A DNA stretch of 64,000 nucleotides from Dicyema japonicum (GCA_011109175.1 RDEW01000027.1:268515-332514); one strand, 5' to 3'. Positions 39,791-52,838 are shown, counted from the stretch's first letter. Numbers and translations: made by a program. The notes: generated from the letters alone by a model not told the origin.

Positions 39791-40828
39791 TAATACTTTG
39801 TAAGTCTGATAAATCGTATCAACTTGAAGATACAAAGCATTAACGTCAAATGTACTCTAATATAGTTCTTTCAACTAAATTCAATTGTCTTTAGAGTTTT
39901 ATCCAAATTCGATATTATTATACTTACAAAGTTCACCAATATTAAAAATGAATGGTGGATGAAACTAAAAACTTGGATCATTTTGTTTCGTTCACTTTTT
40001 GAGAAATTCCATAATCGCTTGACAGTCACGTCTTTGATGTTGCTTGAAGTTATGCAAACGATAAATCGATCCTTCCGTCAGAATCTGCGACGTTTTTTTG
40101 ATGTCTCGCCACAAGCAATGATCGGAAATAATATACAAGTTAACTTGATTCAACTTCCAAAGAAAGACCAATTTAATAATGTAAAGCACGTGTTGCCAAC
40201 AAAACGAGACTTCTTAAATTAGTGTCTATTTAACCGAGAAGACGTTAACGACCAACAAACGGAATATATCACGTATTCTTAGATAATCGATGGAAGGACT
40301 GAAACCTAACAACTCAAAAACCACACTCAGCCACGTTTAACTGAAAAAACAAGATCAGTTTTAATTAAACCTTCAAATACCAATTCTTTAATTATTAGGC
40401 CAACAACAAAGGAGTCTCATATTTTAATCTGATGCTATTTGTTTCTCAAATAGGATTCGAACTCGTCAAGTCGCCGTTATTGCTTATTATTTACCCTCGG
40501 TCCTTTCAAGTGAAAAAAAACGGTAGCTACCTAAACCAGACGCTCCCAGATAACTATCAGGCGTATATGACGTGGCGCACGTACTAGGACAAGAAGGCAG
40601 AAAGTGACTTAGTCGATCGTCCTAATTTGTCCAAATAGTCTTGTAAATCCATATAGTGACAGTGGTGGAGGCGTGCCAAGTGGAAATAAACTCCCGGGGA
40701 TATAACGCGTATTCTAAGTTGGTTACTTCGTCATGTAGATAAGGGCACCAATTCCTGAATAACTTTATTAAATAAAAAAGTAATAAAAAAGGTAGTTTAT
40801 ACGAAACAACATAAGAAGTCACAACTAA

Positions 40829-41207
40829 TTAAAAAGATCCCCCAGTCTGCTTCTGGAAGACGTCAATGGAGTCGTTTTCCTCGAGATTAAGCTAATAATG
40901 AGTAAAATACTATCCAACGTCATCAGGAGTCATATCTTCCATAATAGTGTCTCCCTCAAAAATAAATCGGAGTTCCTTAGAATCGTGTCCCTAAAATTAT
41001 GGCCATAGAGTAACAGATCTGTTGCAGTAGGCCGACATAAGTTTTCTGAAAGGCGTATTTCGTTTGATTTTAAAACACACGACAGATCCATTCTGGTCAC
41101 ACACTTTAAGACTAATATGATCGCTAGAAGAGTTCTTAAGTGTATAAAACAGTTCCAGATACCTCTTCTTGTTGAACAACAACGTCACCACTTACATTAC
41201 CTTCCAT
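40829..41207 (-). CDS. SUMO: Small ubiquitin-like modifier, 4 exons
   Basis: [51 protein letters not shown]. Confidence 0.95.
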
Positions 41208-41799
41208 AACGCGACAAAATTAATTTTTACAATTTAAATAAATAAATCAATTTTAATAATAATATTTATTACTGATTTCACGTTTATAAATTAAAATCTT
41301 TCTAAATAAAAGGAAATCAATATTAATACTTAAATTGGATTTCATATTGACGTGAGTCAACATGGCTTTCAGCACTCAGCCAGGTATATAACAACGTGAT
41401 AGGTCACAAGACCGGTTCTGATGACCAAGTCAGCAAAATATACAACCAAATTGACTAATAATATGCTGGTATAAAGACTAAATCATTGTAACTAATGTTC
41501 GTTCATATGGTGGATCGATAATTGACAATGACCGCCGTTATAGAATAACTATTAAGGAAATAATCAAGAAGGTCGTTAACCGGGAGTCAAAAAGAAGGCC
41601 CATAGATCGGATCAAACACATAGCGTGAAAGACAGCAGAAAGTTTCACGTAGCTATATGGCTACTTTAGACCTCCAATAACTCTCAAAGGATGGGCATTT
41701 GTTCGACTTCTGACAGGTTATTGACATTCAAACTCAGATCCTACATGCATCCGAAGCCTCCTCTTTCAGAATGTCAAGTCGGCATCACCACTTTGATAA

Positions 41800-42118
41800 T
41801 GAGTCATTGATTAACATAATAATAATACTGTACTTCAAGAGCCATATTAGCTTTAGCTCTTCCCAGACAGGACACACACTTTATTTTATAAAAAATAGCT
41901 ATCAAACTAATCAACGAGGCAGAACCAAGGAATGCTCTTCACTTTTTTGTTTGATGTAAATCCTTCTGTAGACGATCTGGTTTCATTAATGACGGCGTCA
42001 CTCGTCAAGCCAAAGCATCGTAGATGTGTGGAACCTTCAGCCGGAATGTACAGCAGCGAGATTGAACTGGGGGCATCAAACCTTTTGCCCGGAACTCGTT
42101 GTTACCGTTACACCCTTA
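41800..42118 (-). mobile_element. SINE copy F with intact tRNA-like head
   Basis: A-box-like ggtgtaacggta, B-box-like gttcaatc, core and tail. Confidence 0.8.
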
Positions 42119-42391
42119 CTAACATAAAGATTGGTAAGATATCTTAAAAATCATCCGTTGTTTAGGAATGGAGACGAGAAGCTGTCTCCTCAAAGAGATA
42201 AAGACATTGAGTGTACTGGAGTTATTTGAAAGTGCACTTAAAGTACATCACAGTTCTACCTTGGAAGAGCTAAGTCCCTATTTGGGAATAAAATTACCAA
42301 TAAACTAAATGAATGGATTGCGGATATTTGCGTTATGTAAATGATTGAACCTTTTTCAATTATTTACCCCCAGTCGCTTCAATAGAAGGAA

Positions 42392-42431
42392 ACCAACAGT
42401 GGGATTCGAACCCACGCATCCGAAGATAACA
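42392..42431 (-). pseudogene. tRNA-Leu-like 3' half (variable arm, T arm, acceptor strand)
   Basis: tatcttcggatgcgtgggttcgaatcccactgttgg; no 5' half adjacent. Confidence 0.6.
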
Positions 42432-42831
42432 TCAAAGAGATAAAGACACTAAGTGTACTAGGGAAATCCTATGTACACGAAAGTTACACGTTAGCCGTGA
42501 CACCTACATGTTCATCTTCAAGGGAGTTATTCTCCCTAGCCTACTTTATGGGTGCGAGGAGTGGTTCTTCTCTCCGAAGAGGGAGAAGATCTCATCCCTC
42601 CTAGAGAAGACTAAGAGAGCTGCAATTAAGGTCTCCTTAAGCAAGAAACTGAATGACTGTCTAAACGAGGACGAAAACAAGCTGTTAGAACCGATTAGCA
42701 GGATTATGGAGGATCGGATCAATGGTTCAAAGATCCAGGACACATATATAAAACTGGGAGTTCTGAAAAAATTAAAAAGGAGGAAGGATTCAGGTGTTGA
42801 GTCCGAGCCTTATGGTAGGACTCAGATGTAA
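42432..42831 (+). mobile_element. LINE RT C-terminal fragment
   Basis: FKGVILPSLLYGCEEW. Confidence 0.6.
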
Positions 42832-43379
42832 TACCATCCAGAAAACTCCTTAACTTTTTTGTTAACCAATCGTTATTATTATTAATAGAAGGAAATAGAT
42901 GGCTGACAAAAAAGTAACTATCAGAAATCAGTCAGGTATATGTGGCGTCTTTCCTTATCTTATCTCACCTTTCAAATATCGAATTTCACCCCCAAAACTC
43001 ATTCTCCATTCGTTCTTGTACTATCTGTTTCCTGAAACAACTGCAAAAACAAGATAGTCGAGAAACCTATCAGAAATATCATTGACTGTTGTAACGATGA
43101 TATGCATAAATTCACATTAGTATAATTTTACCCATCGGTGTTAGAAATAATCAAGCTAAGTAAGCGGTTCCATATTCCTATTCCATATCGTATTCCGTAT
43201 TCCTACCTCTCAAGTCGTAAGATGTTCTCGCTATCTAAGTTTTCTTTTGACGTACATCAGCATCAAATATTCCAGAAAGTGTGACTTGTGGAACTTCTAA
43301 AACGTGGCCCACGCTCAACGAAGTATTCCTCCATCGTAATTTATTTGTATTTATTTAAAACCAAGAATCACCGACAAAT

Positions 43380-43720
43380 TAAAGGGAATGATAGGTGATC
43401 TGGACCTCCTTAAGCTCGTGTCTCATTCTTTCTCGGTGTTCTTCCCGAAAACCGACGCATTTACTGTATGTATGAGACACTTTTCGGAATTTTGGAGATG
43501 GCAATCGGCTCCCGTTCTCCTAAAAAGTTCTTCGAACGGAGTTGGCATTAGTGGTGAGGATAATCTTTTAGGGACCCATTGACTGTTGCTTGAAAATTTT
43601 TTTTCAGGTTCACATTGGACAGGTTTGTCCCCATACCGCACAGCCATAGCTGATTGTCGGTTGTATGTATTGGTTACAGAGGGCCAAAGCTTGTAGGCGC
43701 AATCTTCTGTAAGAAAATAA
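43380..43720 (-). mobile_element. LINE RT C-terminal fragment
   Basis: QYIQPTISYGCAVWG. Confidence 0.55.
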
Positions 43721-43839
43721 TAATTCAGAAAATTTAAAATCTAAATATGTAATTTAAAATAAGTTTTGCTTAAAAAATGTTTAAAAAATTACAAAAAAAT
43801 ATAGAAAATTTAAAATAAAATAATTGAGTGGGCATTTCA

Positions 43840-46492
43840 ATGAAAAATAATAAGGACTACAAAGAAGCCAATGACCTCGTTGATTTGGCCATTAAATATG
43901 ACCACAAACAATGTTACGGTGATGCTTACAAGCACTACATTGTACAATCTTCCTAAATACTACATTAGGCTGCGATCGATAAACTTATGACGATCAACAA
44001 GCAGCAGAACTCTCCACAAATCAAAGTGGAGGTAAAAAAGCTCATAGAAATGGCAGAGAAGATCAAACCAGCGGGTAAATCTTTTAGTTTACCTTAGTTG
44101 CTAAGAAATCACTCGAGGTTACCCCAAATGACTTATTTTAGACTGTGACGCTAATAAAACTAAAAATAGAAAAAATTAACCAAATGATTGACCTCATGGA
44201 CTTCAACAATGCCGAAGAGATTCTTCAAAGCGCACTGAAAATAATGGAATCCGACAATGCCGGTCTCAAGTTGACAATGTCCAAGGAAAATGACTCCCTG
44301 GTTGACCAGCTGATGACTCTGAACAAAAAGTGGAGTTTTTAAATATCTCAGAATTGCCACAGAAAAGGAATATTTCGAAAGTGTCAGTCCTGGGATTAAA
44401 TCTGGAGATTCCTACACCCCACATGAACTCTTTGTGTTAAAGTAAGGGATCAGTGACGGGCAGGTCGACTTCTTCCATCAACAAGATCGACTATGTGCCA
44501 TTTCTTAACATAGATTACAGAGAGGACTTTTCCGGGGCAGAATTATTTCAGTAACACAGAGATGTCATTTATAGTGACAAAAACGGAGACTTGAAGCTCT
44601 CAAGACATCAAATAAATCTGTTCACAACTTGGAAAAGGCCTTTCCAGCTAGTAAAGAGTCCCCAGTTGATGAGTTCTGCCAATTACGAGCATATTCGACA
44701 GGTAGTTCTTTAATTTACCTGAGAGTGTGGTCTCTGACTGTTCTTTCGTGTCCTCGTTGATTGTAGCTTCACAATATCAAAGAAAATTTCGACGTCCTCT
44801 GATTTCAAGGTAGTCTTTGATCTTTAGGGCAGTATTCTGTTCCCCAAGTCGAAAGGTCAACCTGTGTACAACCAGGGCGGGAAATTCATGGTAAAGCTTC
44901 ATATTAACGGAGTTTGGAGAAAGGTTGGTCACTTTGTCTCAATGTAGGTTATAGTCGATGATCGACTTCCTGTAATGAACGGAGATAAGCTTCTCTGCGC
45001 TTATACTGGCCATGATTTTTGGGTCCCTATCCTGGAGAAGGCTTACATGAAGGTTATGGGCGGATATGACTTTCCGGGGTCCAACTCGGTGATATTATGA
45101 GGTGATTTGTTCTAGTCAATCGATTTGCATGCTCTGACAGGGTGGATCCCTGAAAGACTGAGCATCAGCAATGAAACGTTCGGAGATGTTCAGTTTCGAA
45201 GAATCTTAAAGCACCACAACGCGGGAAATTGCCTCATAACTGCCGCCTCCGTGAATCTGAAGGAAGAAGAATCCCTCGGAATCGTCTCACTCCATTCCTA
45301 CTCAGTCATCAGATTGGTGGAGATTGAGGTTTGGCTCGGTCCTCAGTTCAGTCTATGAATCTTCAAATGTTCAGGTTGAAGAATCCTTGGGACGAGAAAT
45401 GTTGGAGGGGAAGCTACAGTAAATATGACCGAACCACGTGGACCGAAAGACTCAAACGCGAGCTCAACTACAACCCAGACACGTGCAATGATGAAAAAAC
45501 TGGTTTTTACATTTTTAATCTTCAGGAGAGTTTTGGATTGATCTCATGTCTTTGAAGAGATTTTTTGATGTCCTCTACTTAAATTGGTCCCCGTCGATGT
45601 TCCCGTACAGTACATGTCTACATGAGTTTGTCAGTTCTATGATCAACCTAGCTTCTGGTCAATGAAGGAGAGCCCAAAGAAGGACAGGATTTCGATTGGA
45701 GCCAATCCTCAGTATCACTTAAGTTTTACCGCCAAAACGAAATCAGTTGTGTGGATTCTGCTTTCTCGGCATATCACGGAAATTGTATTATTTAATCTTT
45801 ACCAGAGGATGACTTTGCTAACAATAAGCGGTTTGTCACCATTGACGTCTATAGGACCCCACTTGGTCGTCGATTGTACTACACTAGTTAGTCTCCTCTT
45901 TGTTATCGATAGATGAGCCCATACCGTATATTCAAGGAAAACGAATAAACAGCCCCCACTATTGTGCCAACTAACGGTGGAGGCCGGATATCATTCATTT
46001 AATTTGGTGGTCTCAGAGTTTGAGAAATCATCCTCGATTTTCTTCACTTTGCGTGTTTATTCTTCTGTGAATTTTTCATTGCATAAAATTGACGACATTT
46101 ACACTTACAAGCAGACAGTAATTTGGTTTGTTATGGCAGATTGTCGGTGAATGGGGACCGGAGAACTCTGGGGGATGTCCAAAGTATCAGTCATATTCGT
46201 CTAATCCAAAATATAACGTTCATATTAACGGAAAGTCTAAAGTTGATGTGGTGATTGAACTACGCGCTCCTTTGTTTATTTTTGGTTTATTTTTAGTTCC
46301 TTGCCAGTTTCCATTCAATTTAAGTGTGATGAATTTGAAAGACTGCCTACTGTCTACCGACAAGGTTATTTCGTGGAAGACCTTGTTGGGATCTCTTCTG
46401 GTTCCTATAAACTTGTAGTATCGACGTATGAACCAAATAAGCATGGGACGTTTATTATAAATATTAAATCCACTGCATATTTTTACTACTGA
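43840..46492 (+). CDS. CAPN7: Calpain-7 / PalB-type protease, 18 exons
   Basis: MIT-like N-terminus, catalytic QSVVSDCSF / HSYSV / LKNPW, EKAYMKVMGGYDFPGSNS, NPQY..WILLSRHIT..DDFANN, RINSPHY; 17 introns of ~22-27 nt; one 1-nt frame break at ~45961. Confidence 0.95.
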
Positions 46493-47992
46493 ATAAAATT
46501 ACTTTTACTCATTTTTCTGGTATGCTTGATGAGGAATCTATTCTAAAAAATCTAACATAAACTGGATGATGCGAAAGATACCCTGTGTTCATTTTTAGTT
46601 TCTCCGAGGTGACAGTAAATCTACTTTTTGAATGTCTTTAACTGTACATTGCTTGCCAGCCAAAGTTGACCGCTCTATAGGAGCAGCCGGCTGTTGCTGC
46701 TTCCCATTTAATATTCGCTGTTCTCCTACCAGTCAGTGAGCCCTGGGTTAACTTTACTAACTAATTTTGAGGAATCATTTCTGCCTTTAACTATTTTTTG
46801 GAGTTTATGATTGTTTGGCGAGTGAAAAAAATGATGAGAATAAATGAGACAAACTCTAAGCTGGTTAGGATTGTAAAGTATTTTTTATTTACATGACTCT
46901 GGACCAAACTAACTACTCACTTTCGACACGTTCAAGCGGAGACCTCATCTTGCCCCCTTCCTATTCCACCAGAAAAGTAAAAGATTTTGAAAGTTTCTTA
47001 ATGCTTTCTCTATTCCGATTAGTTCAATACAATCGACTTGGTAAATCCATCAAAATTTTTTAAATAACCCCAGATATACTCGAAATAAGTTTTTCCATTA
47101 CCCCTTGTCGAGTGGGATGCTTCCCTTTCAAGTATTTGCCATTATGAGAACCCTCCATTGTAGTAGGGAAGAGATAGATCTTTTTTGGATTCCGGCAAGG
47201 CATTTGAGGTCTCCTGAGTTAGATCCAATGACGCCTCTAGGAATTTAAGAAGGCACAGAACAGAAATTATTCAACAAAGTAAATAGCGGTGTGGGAATCG
47301 GCTTCACAGCTACAGCACTACGCTACCTGATTGCCCCAAAATCAAAGAATGTTAAAGAAATTTCTACATATTCATACAGTTTACTCATTCGGGAAGTGAA
47401 GCAGCAACATTAACAACTCGGAAAAAGTAAAAATGAGTATTTAAAAGAGGAAAAGGCGATACCAAGCACATTTGGTCAAAGGATATACAAAAGTTTTCGT
47501 CTAAAGAACATATCATGTCCTGGATAAAGTATATAAGACCGTTGTTCAAGAGACAGCAGGCAAATTATTAGGAAAATGTCAGCACAATTTCCTGAAAAAA
47601 AGATCGAGATGTATCACCCCAAATATCCCTATCGTAAAATACGGAGGTAAGAATAAAATGATATAGAGATGTTTAGCTCCTTCAGGGATCGGGAATATAT
47701 TTTTTATCGATTGGAAAACGAATTTAAATAAATATAGCAGAATATCGACGTTTCAGAAAGATGAAGATCTAAAAATAGTAAAATGATTGGTTTGAAATAA
47801 AGAAACTGATAAATGACTGTTAATATCGAGACCTCAATCACCATCCTCTTCCAACATAGACAATACTGTGAACAGACACACAGAACTGCACTCACCCACC
47901 AAATACACTAAAAATTCCCACTAAAACCAAAAATAGAAACGTCAGCAATAATATATAGAAAATTGAGCAACACTAATAAATTTATAAATATA

Positions 47993-50295
47993 TCAGTAAT
48001 CCACATTCCCCACATGAGCATTAGAACTTGGAGCCCCAGAAGTCCGTTTTAATTCAGTAGAAGAAACATTTGAAATTCTAAATAACCAAAACAGCGACCT
48101 TTCCTCACATTGAACATCTCCAACATTCCCAATAGTCGCAAATGGGTCTTCAAACAAATTACTCTCTACACTCTGAGGGGTAAAAAAGTCACCAACAGAG
48201 ACAACGGGAGCCCTGTATAATTAAAAACCAGCACAAACGGGAAATTCGCAAATCTGCTGACCGTAGGATAAGTTGGTTCGCAACTCCCACTCCTTGCACT
48301 ACTGGCAATAGACTCTGAATATTTGCCTGATGAAGGAGCTCCATAGTTTTGTGGAATGTTTACCATTAGACGATTATTAGGACGTGTTTGTCCCTCGTAA
48401 ACATTTTGAAAATTCGGTTGAGAATTGGGATTCAAATAACGAACAGACCCATGTCCTTTTTCCCTACGTAAAGAGCTTGTCGATTGATTGGCAAAGGTAG
48501 ACATCAGTGGATTAGTCTCAGATACAGGTAAACTAGATGTTTGGCCATTTGAAGACTGAATGGTAGATATAGGAAACCCTCTGGTCAAGTTACTCCCAAC
48601 TGAAGACAAATCCGTAGGAATTCTGCGTTCTGATTGTTCATTAGTGGGTAATCTATAATCGTAGATATTCAGAGCATCTCCTCTGCAGTAATAATTATAA
48701 AATCACCTTTTCAGTTCATTCAAAGACCCCACAACAGCATTGGTGGTCTTTTTCGACAAATTGGACTCGTTCATAAAGCTCAACAAGCAAGGATGTAGCT
48801 CACGTGGGGGACCACTTTGAACAAAGGGCCTATTTGACTCGTTGATCTTCCTTTCCATATTTAGCGAGCATTCTAAGGAGACAATCCTAAAAAATTAACA
48901 AATTAAACTTCTCCTCCAATTCTGAAATTGTTTGCTCGTGTCTCCCAACCACCAGCTGTGCCGTCCTGTACTTGTCTTCCATCAAATTGCGGGCATGTCT
49001 CACTGTGTCAATTAGGTTGTCGTACTCCTTCAAATGCGCTCTAAGATGTCTATGACGGCGAACCTATGAAGACAGGCGTTAGTCTCATACTCAGTTATTT
49101 TCTTTTCCACTTGAATCTTTTCACGTGTTAAAACCAACATTTCCGCCTTTTCCTCGTAAATTTGACTATTCAAGTTAAAACTGTAAGTACTTCATGGTGG
49201 AATTTAGCAGGTCGTTAGTAAGGGAGATTCTTCCCTCCAAGTCGTTTATTTCCTTCTTCATACTTGCAATCTGGCTGTCCCCGGCAGAAACCTTAGCCTC
49301 GACGACTTCCAACTGGGCTGGAGGTTATAGGAAGAATACATCTCAACTCCACAACTTTATCCTCACTTAGACTCAGCTTTTTCAGGCATGACAAGTAGTT
49401 TGACCGCAGTTCGTTGGGGGACTGCAGATCCTCCACAATCTTCTTTATCACAGAAACGTCATCAGTGGTCTCCAAGTTGGAATCCATCAAAAATTGAGCA
49501 AGAACGTTCTCAATGAGGATTTCCTGTCTCTGACTGTTAACAACAAGGCAAACTGAACAGGTCTCTTCCATCAGCTTGAGTCTCTCCAAATTCTTTCTCA
49601 TCAAGAGAATTCTAGAATGCCACATAAGAAATACTCATCATCTTTTGAGGCGATCTCGGAAGAGATATTTTTAATAGTCGAACTGTTATGACTGTTTTCT
49701 GTGGAAAGCTGTTCAATCTCAAAATCCCTAGTTTGCAGGAGAAGTTTTAAGTTTTCATTCAAATTATCACTTAATTCCTTTTCCTGTTGTAACAGTTTCA
49801 ATGAATTCTCCAAATTGGCCTTTTCCGACTCCAAATTTTTAAAATTTTCATTATTTGAACAGTTCTGTAATTATATTTTCTGTTTTACAATTTCTTCCAA
49901 CTCGGCAACCTTGTTAGTCAAGTTTTTTAATTCTTCGTTCAAATATAGAGATTCCTGTTGATTGTGGATCAGCGCCTTCTGAATCTCCACAAAATTTACT
50001 AGGAATAAATAAACAAAAGCACAACATCTTCGATTGTCGATCAGTTTTGAGAAGAGCTAAAAATAACTAAGAACGGTACACGTGGAACGACTAAACATGT
50101 TTTTATGAGAAAAAGTCCGAAAAGAGTTGAAATTATGGTCGAAATAAGTCCAATGGTAAATTCATTGAAATTTTCTAATACTTCAGTCACCACACCGCTT
50201 TGGAGATTCTCCTGAACGGTAGATGCCAGAGAAATTACCTTGTGAACAACCCATTGTCCTATCTTCGAGAAAATATTGTACCAAAAGGATGACAT
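47993..50295 (-). CDS. Membrane-anchored long coiled-coil protein, cTAGE5/TANGO1-like
   Basis: N-terminal hydrophobic segment, extended heptads, S/P/N-rich tail, continuous model across micro-introns; family call rests on architecture only. Confidence 0.5.
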
Positions 50296-50429
50296 CTTAT
50301 TTCTAAGAAAATAATATCATTAAGTATTACTTATAATCGCAACAAGATTATGTACGCGTTTTAGATAATTTTTAAAATTTGATTTAAAATAATAAATTTA
50401 AATTTTTATGTATTTAATAGAACAAAGTT

Positions 50430-51200
50430 AGTTGCCATGTTAAGGTCTCCATTATGGCCTGCTAAAATTAATGGCCGCTTGGCGCCATATGGTGCTTCGT
50501 GTCTAATTGGTGAAGTTTCTGTTTGTTCGTTTGTTCCTTTTCTCTCTTTCTATTAGAGAGGCGTCATGTAATCCACCTCTCTAGGCGCCCAATGCCAGGC
50601 CGGCACGAAAAATTCCTTTAACTTATTGGTCATGAACCGGAACAAGTTGACCTTTCTCCATATAAATCTCTCCATCCCGGACAAGAATAGAGAGCATCCA
50701 AAGAAAACCGTAACAAAAGTCTCGACTATCTTCTCGTCAGGGAACAAAGCCCCAAGGCGGGTTTGGAAAATGGAAAACTCGTCCGTTGGAAAGCTAACAT
50801 CTACAATCTCTAAATTCCGCATATTCAGGAATAACGCCGATAATCGAGGCATCTCCACCAATCGTTTAATCGTCGAGGTACCGAACATTAAAAGGGCCCG
50901 AGATCTTCTCACTCGTAACGGAAAAAAGAGGTCCAGGGGATCATCTAGCTGAACATCTGTAGAAGATGGGCACAATGTGATCTCCGATTACAAGCTAACT
51001 CTCAAATCCGTAAGACGGATGGAAAAATTTTGCTATTTCATTCGTCCTAGAAACCCAAAACTCCAGCATGAGATTGAGCCTGAATACATTGTAGATATCT
51101 AGTTTCACAAGTAGTTTGTGCTCTCTGAGATAACAGGAAATAAACTACCGTGTTGAATGAATGGCGACCTCACATCCATGAGGGACACCAAGGCCCAAAA
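50430..51200 (+). mobile_element. LINE 5' UTR/ORF1-like remnant
   Basis: Leader homologous to 16360-16520; decayed ORF 50626-50952. Confidence 0.45.
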
Positions 51201-51589
51201 TTTATTTTATAAAAAGTTCAACTTTTATCCAAAATTTAACAACTTTTGATGTTGCCTGCGTCGTGATTATCTTTAAGTTCGATTCCCAAACCATTACCTG
51301 TTTGGTCAAAGAATACCTTTATGTTCTTTGGTTTCTTTACTTTCCAAAAGGCGTCATGAAGTCCACCTAACTCATTAAAGTCGCAGTGCTTCGACGACGT
51401 ACAAAAGGATTCTGTTCTTCCTACTCCAGTAGAGGGGTTCTAACAATGACTGATATGGATGTATGTTATGCTTAAAAAGGGTGCGTCTCAATCAAGCGTG
51501 GGAACATGATATACCTTAATTAGATGTTAACTAAATCTTAGCCTCTTTCAAGTATATCCGGGGTTATCGAATAAATAACAAAACGTTTT

Positions 51590-52000
51590 AACTGGATACC
51601 CCGCCATACCTAAACCTGTTGGCCTGGACAGAGGAGACGGAAAACGTCCTGACGAGATCACAATTTTCCCATTCGAAGAGGGGAAACCTTTGGTCTGGGA
51701 TGCTACTAGTGTGGATCCACTTAGCCCATCCAATATTGTCGGGAGCGCGGTAGACACACTCTTTGCCGCGGAAAAATCAATGAGGGTAAAGGAGAAGAAA
51801 CACGAATCCCTACGAGACCGATTCGCGTTCTATCCGATTGCGGTCGAGACAACTGGAGGAATAAATGGAAAATCGCTTCGCTTCCTTAAAGAAACTTGAC
51901 GACGTGTGGCTTCTTAGTTGATTTCTGGTGCAATCGTGAGAGACAACGCAACGTCGATAATGTCGGCGGGGTCCACTTTGATGGATGGCTGTGTTAATTA
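51590..52000 (+). mobile_element. CRE-like RLE domain, well preserved
   Basis: GLDRGDGKRPDEITIFPFEEGKPLVWDAT..FYPIAVETTGG..AIVRDNA. Confidence 0.9.
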
Positions 52001-52475
52001 ATTATTGATTATTACTATCGATAAATTTATTATTTTTTCAAAAAAATAGGATTTTACTAAAAAAACATTAACCAGATAAGCCATTATTTTCACTAAAAAT
52101 TGAAAACCAAAGACAGCTAAAAAAGTAAGAATGTCCCACCTAACTAAGTGCCCGCAGATCGACAAGTAGGAGATCGAAATTGGCGTAGACTCTAAAATGT
52201 CTTTATAATGTTGAGTTTTCGAAGACTCTTTGGCAGAACGTCTTTCACATTTTGAGAAAATGAGAGCAAGGGTTCAAGGTCACTCCAGGATTCTTGGATG
52301 TCTCAGTATGGGAATAAGTTCCCCATAAGGTTTGATTTCTAGCATATCCCTTTGTCTCCGGTCGGTTAAAAATGATATATTGGATCTTTTCCGGGGATGC
52401 GGAAAATTAGAAAATAAAAATATATTTAATCAATTAATATTCTTAATGATTTAAATTTTTGTTTTTCTCTGTCAC

Positions 52476-52838
52476 ATGAACAAATCTAATTTTGAAGCGA
52501 ATCTTCTAGTACGGCAAATTGGTAAACTTAGAAATACCTTGACGAAAAACTGAAGGAAGTTCTAGGACAACAGAATTCGAAGAGTAAATCTATTTTTGAC
52601 TTTGCAGTTACAAATGATGCTAAAATTCTTCTTGGTTGCTTAGTGGAGACGTTTATGAAAGGTTGTTTGCTGCCGTGAAGTGTAGAAAGCGTGGAAAGGG
52701 CAACTTTGCAGGCTAAGGTATTATATGAGTCAAATTTAGGCTGAATCGTTTACTGAATTACAAATACAGCATTTGACTTCGATTATAGGACTTTTGGTCT
52801 AAATTTACCTAATTCTTTAGGTTTTAGACTTTTCTTGA
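52476..52838 (+). CDS. CENPX: Centromere protein X / MHF2 (histone fold), 6 exons; missed by ORF track
   Basis: Spliced: MNKSNFEANLL|KYLDEKLKEVLGQQNSK|ITNDAKILLGCLVETFMK|ESVERATLQAK|AESFTELQIQHLTSIIGLL|VLDFS*; introns 23, 24, 24, 22 and 24 nt; C-terminal LDF signature. Confidence 0.85.

Noticed and set aside
41410-41450. ggttCTGATGA..caaa..aacc minimal hammerhead-like string
   Set aside because: CAAA instead of GAAA, and no convincing stems II or III
46500-47990. Possible extra spliced gene between calpain-7 and the cTAGE-like gene
   Set aside because: No stop-free model on either strand; part is homologous to the LINE leader family, so left unannotated
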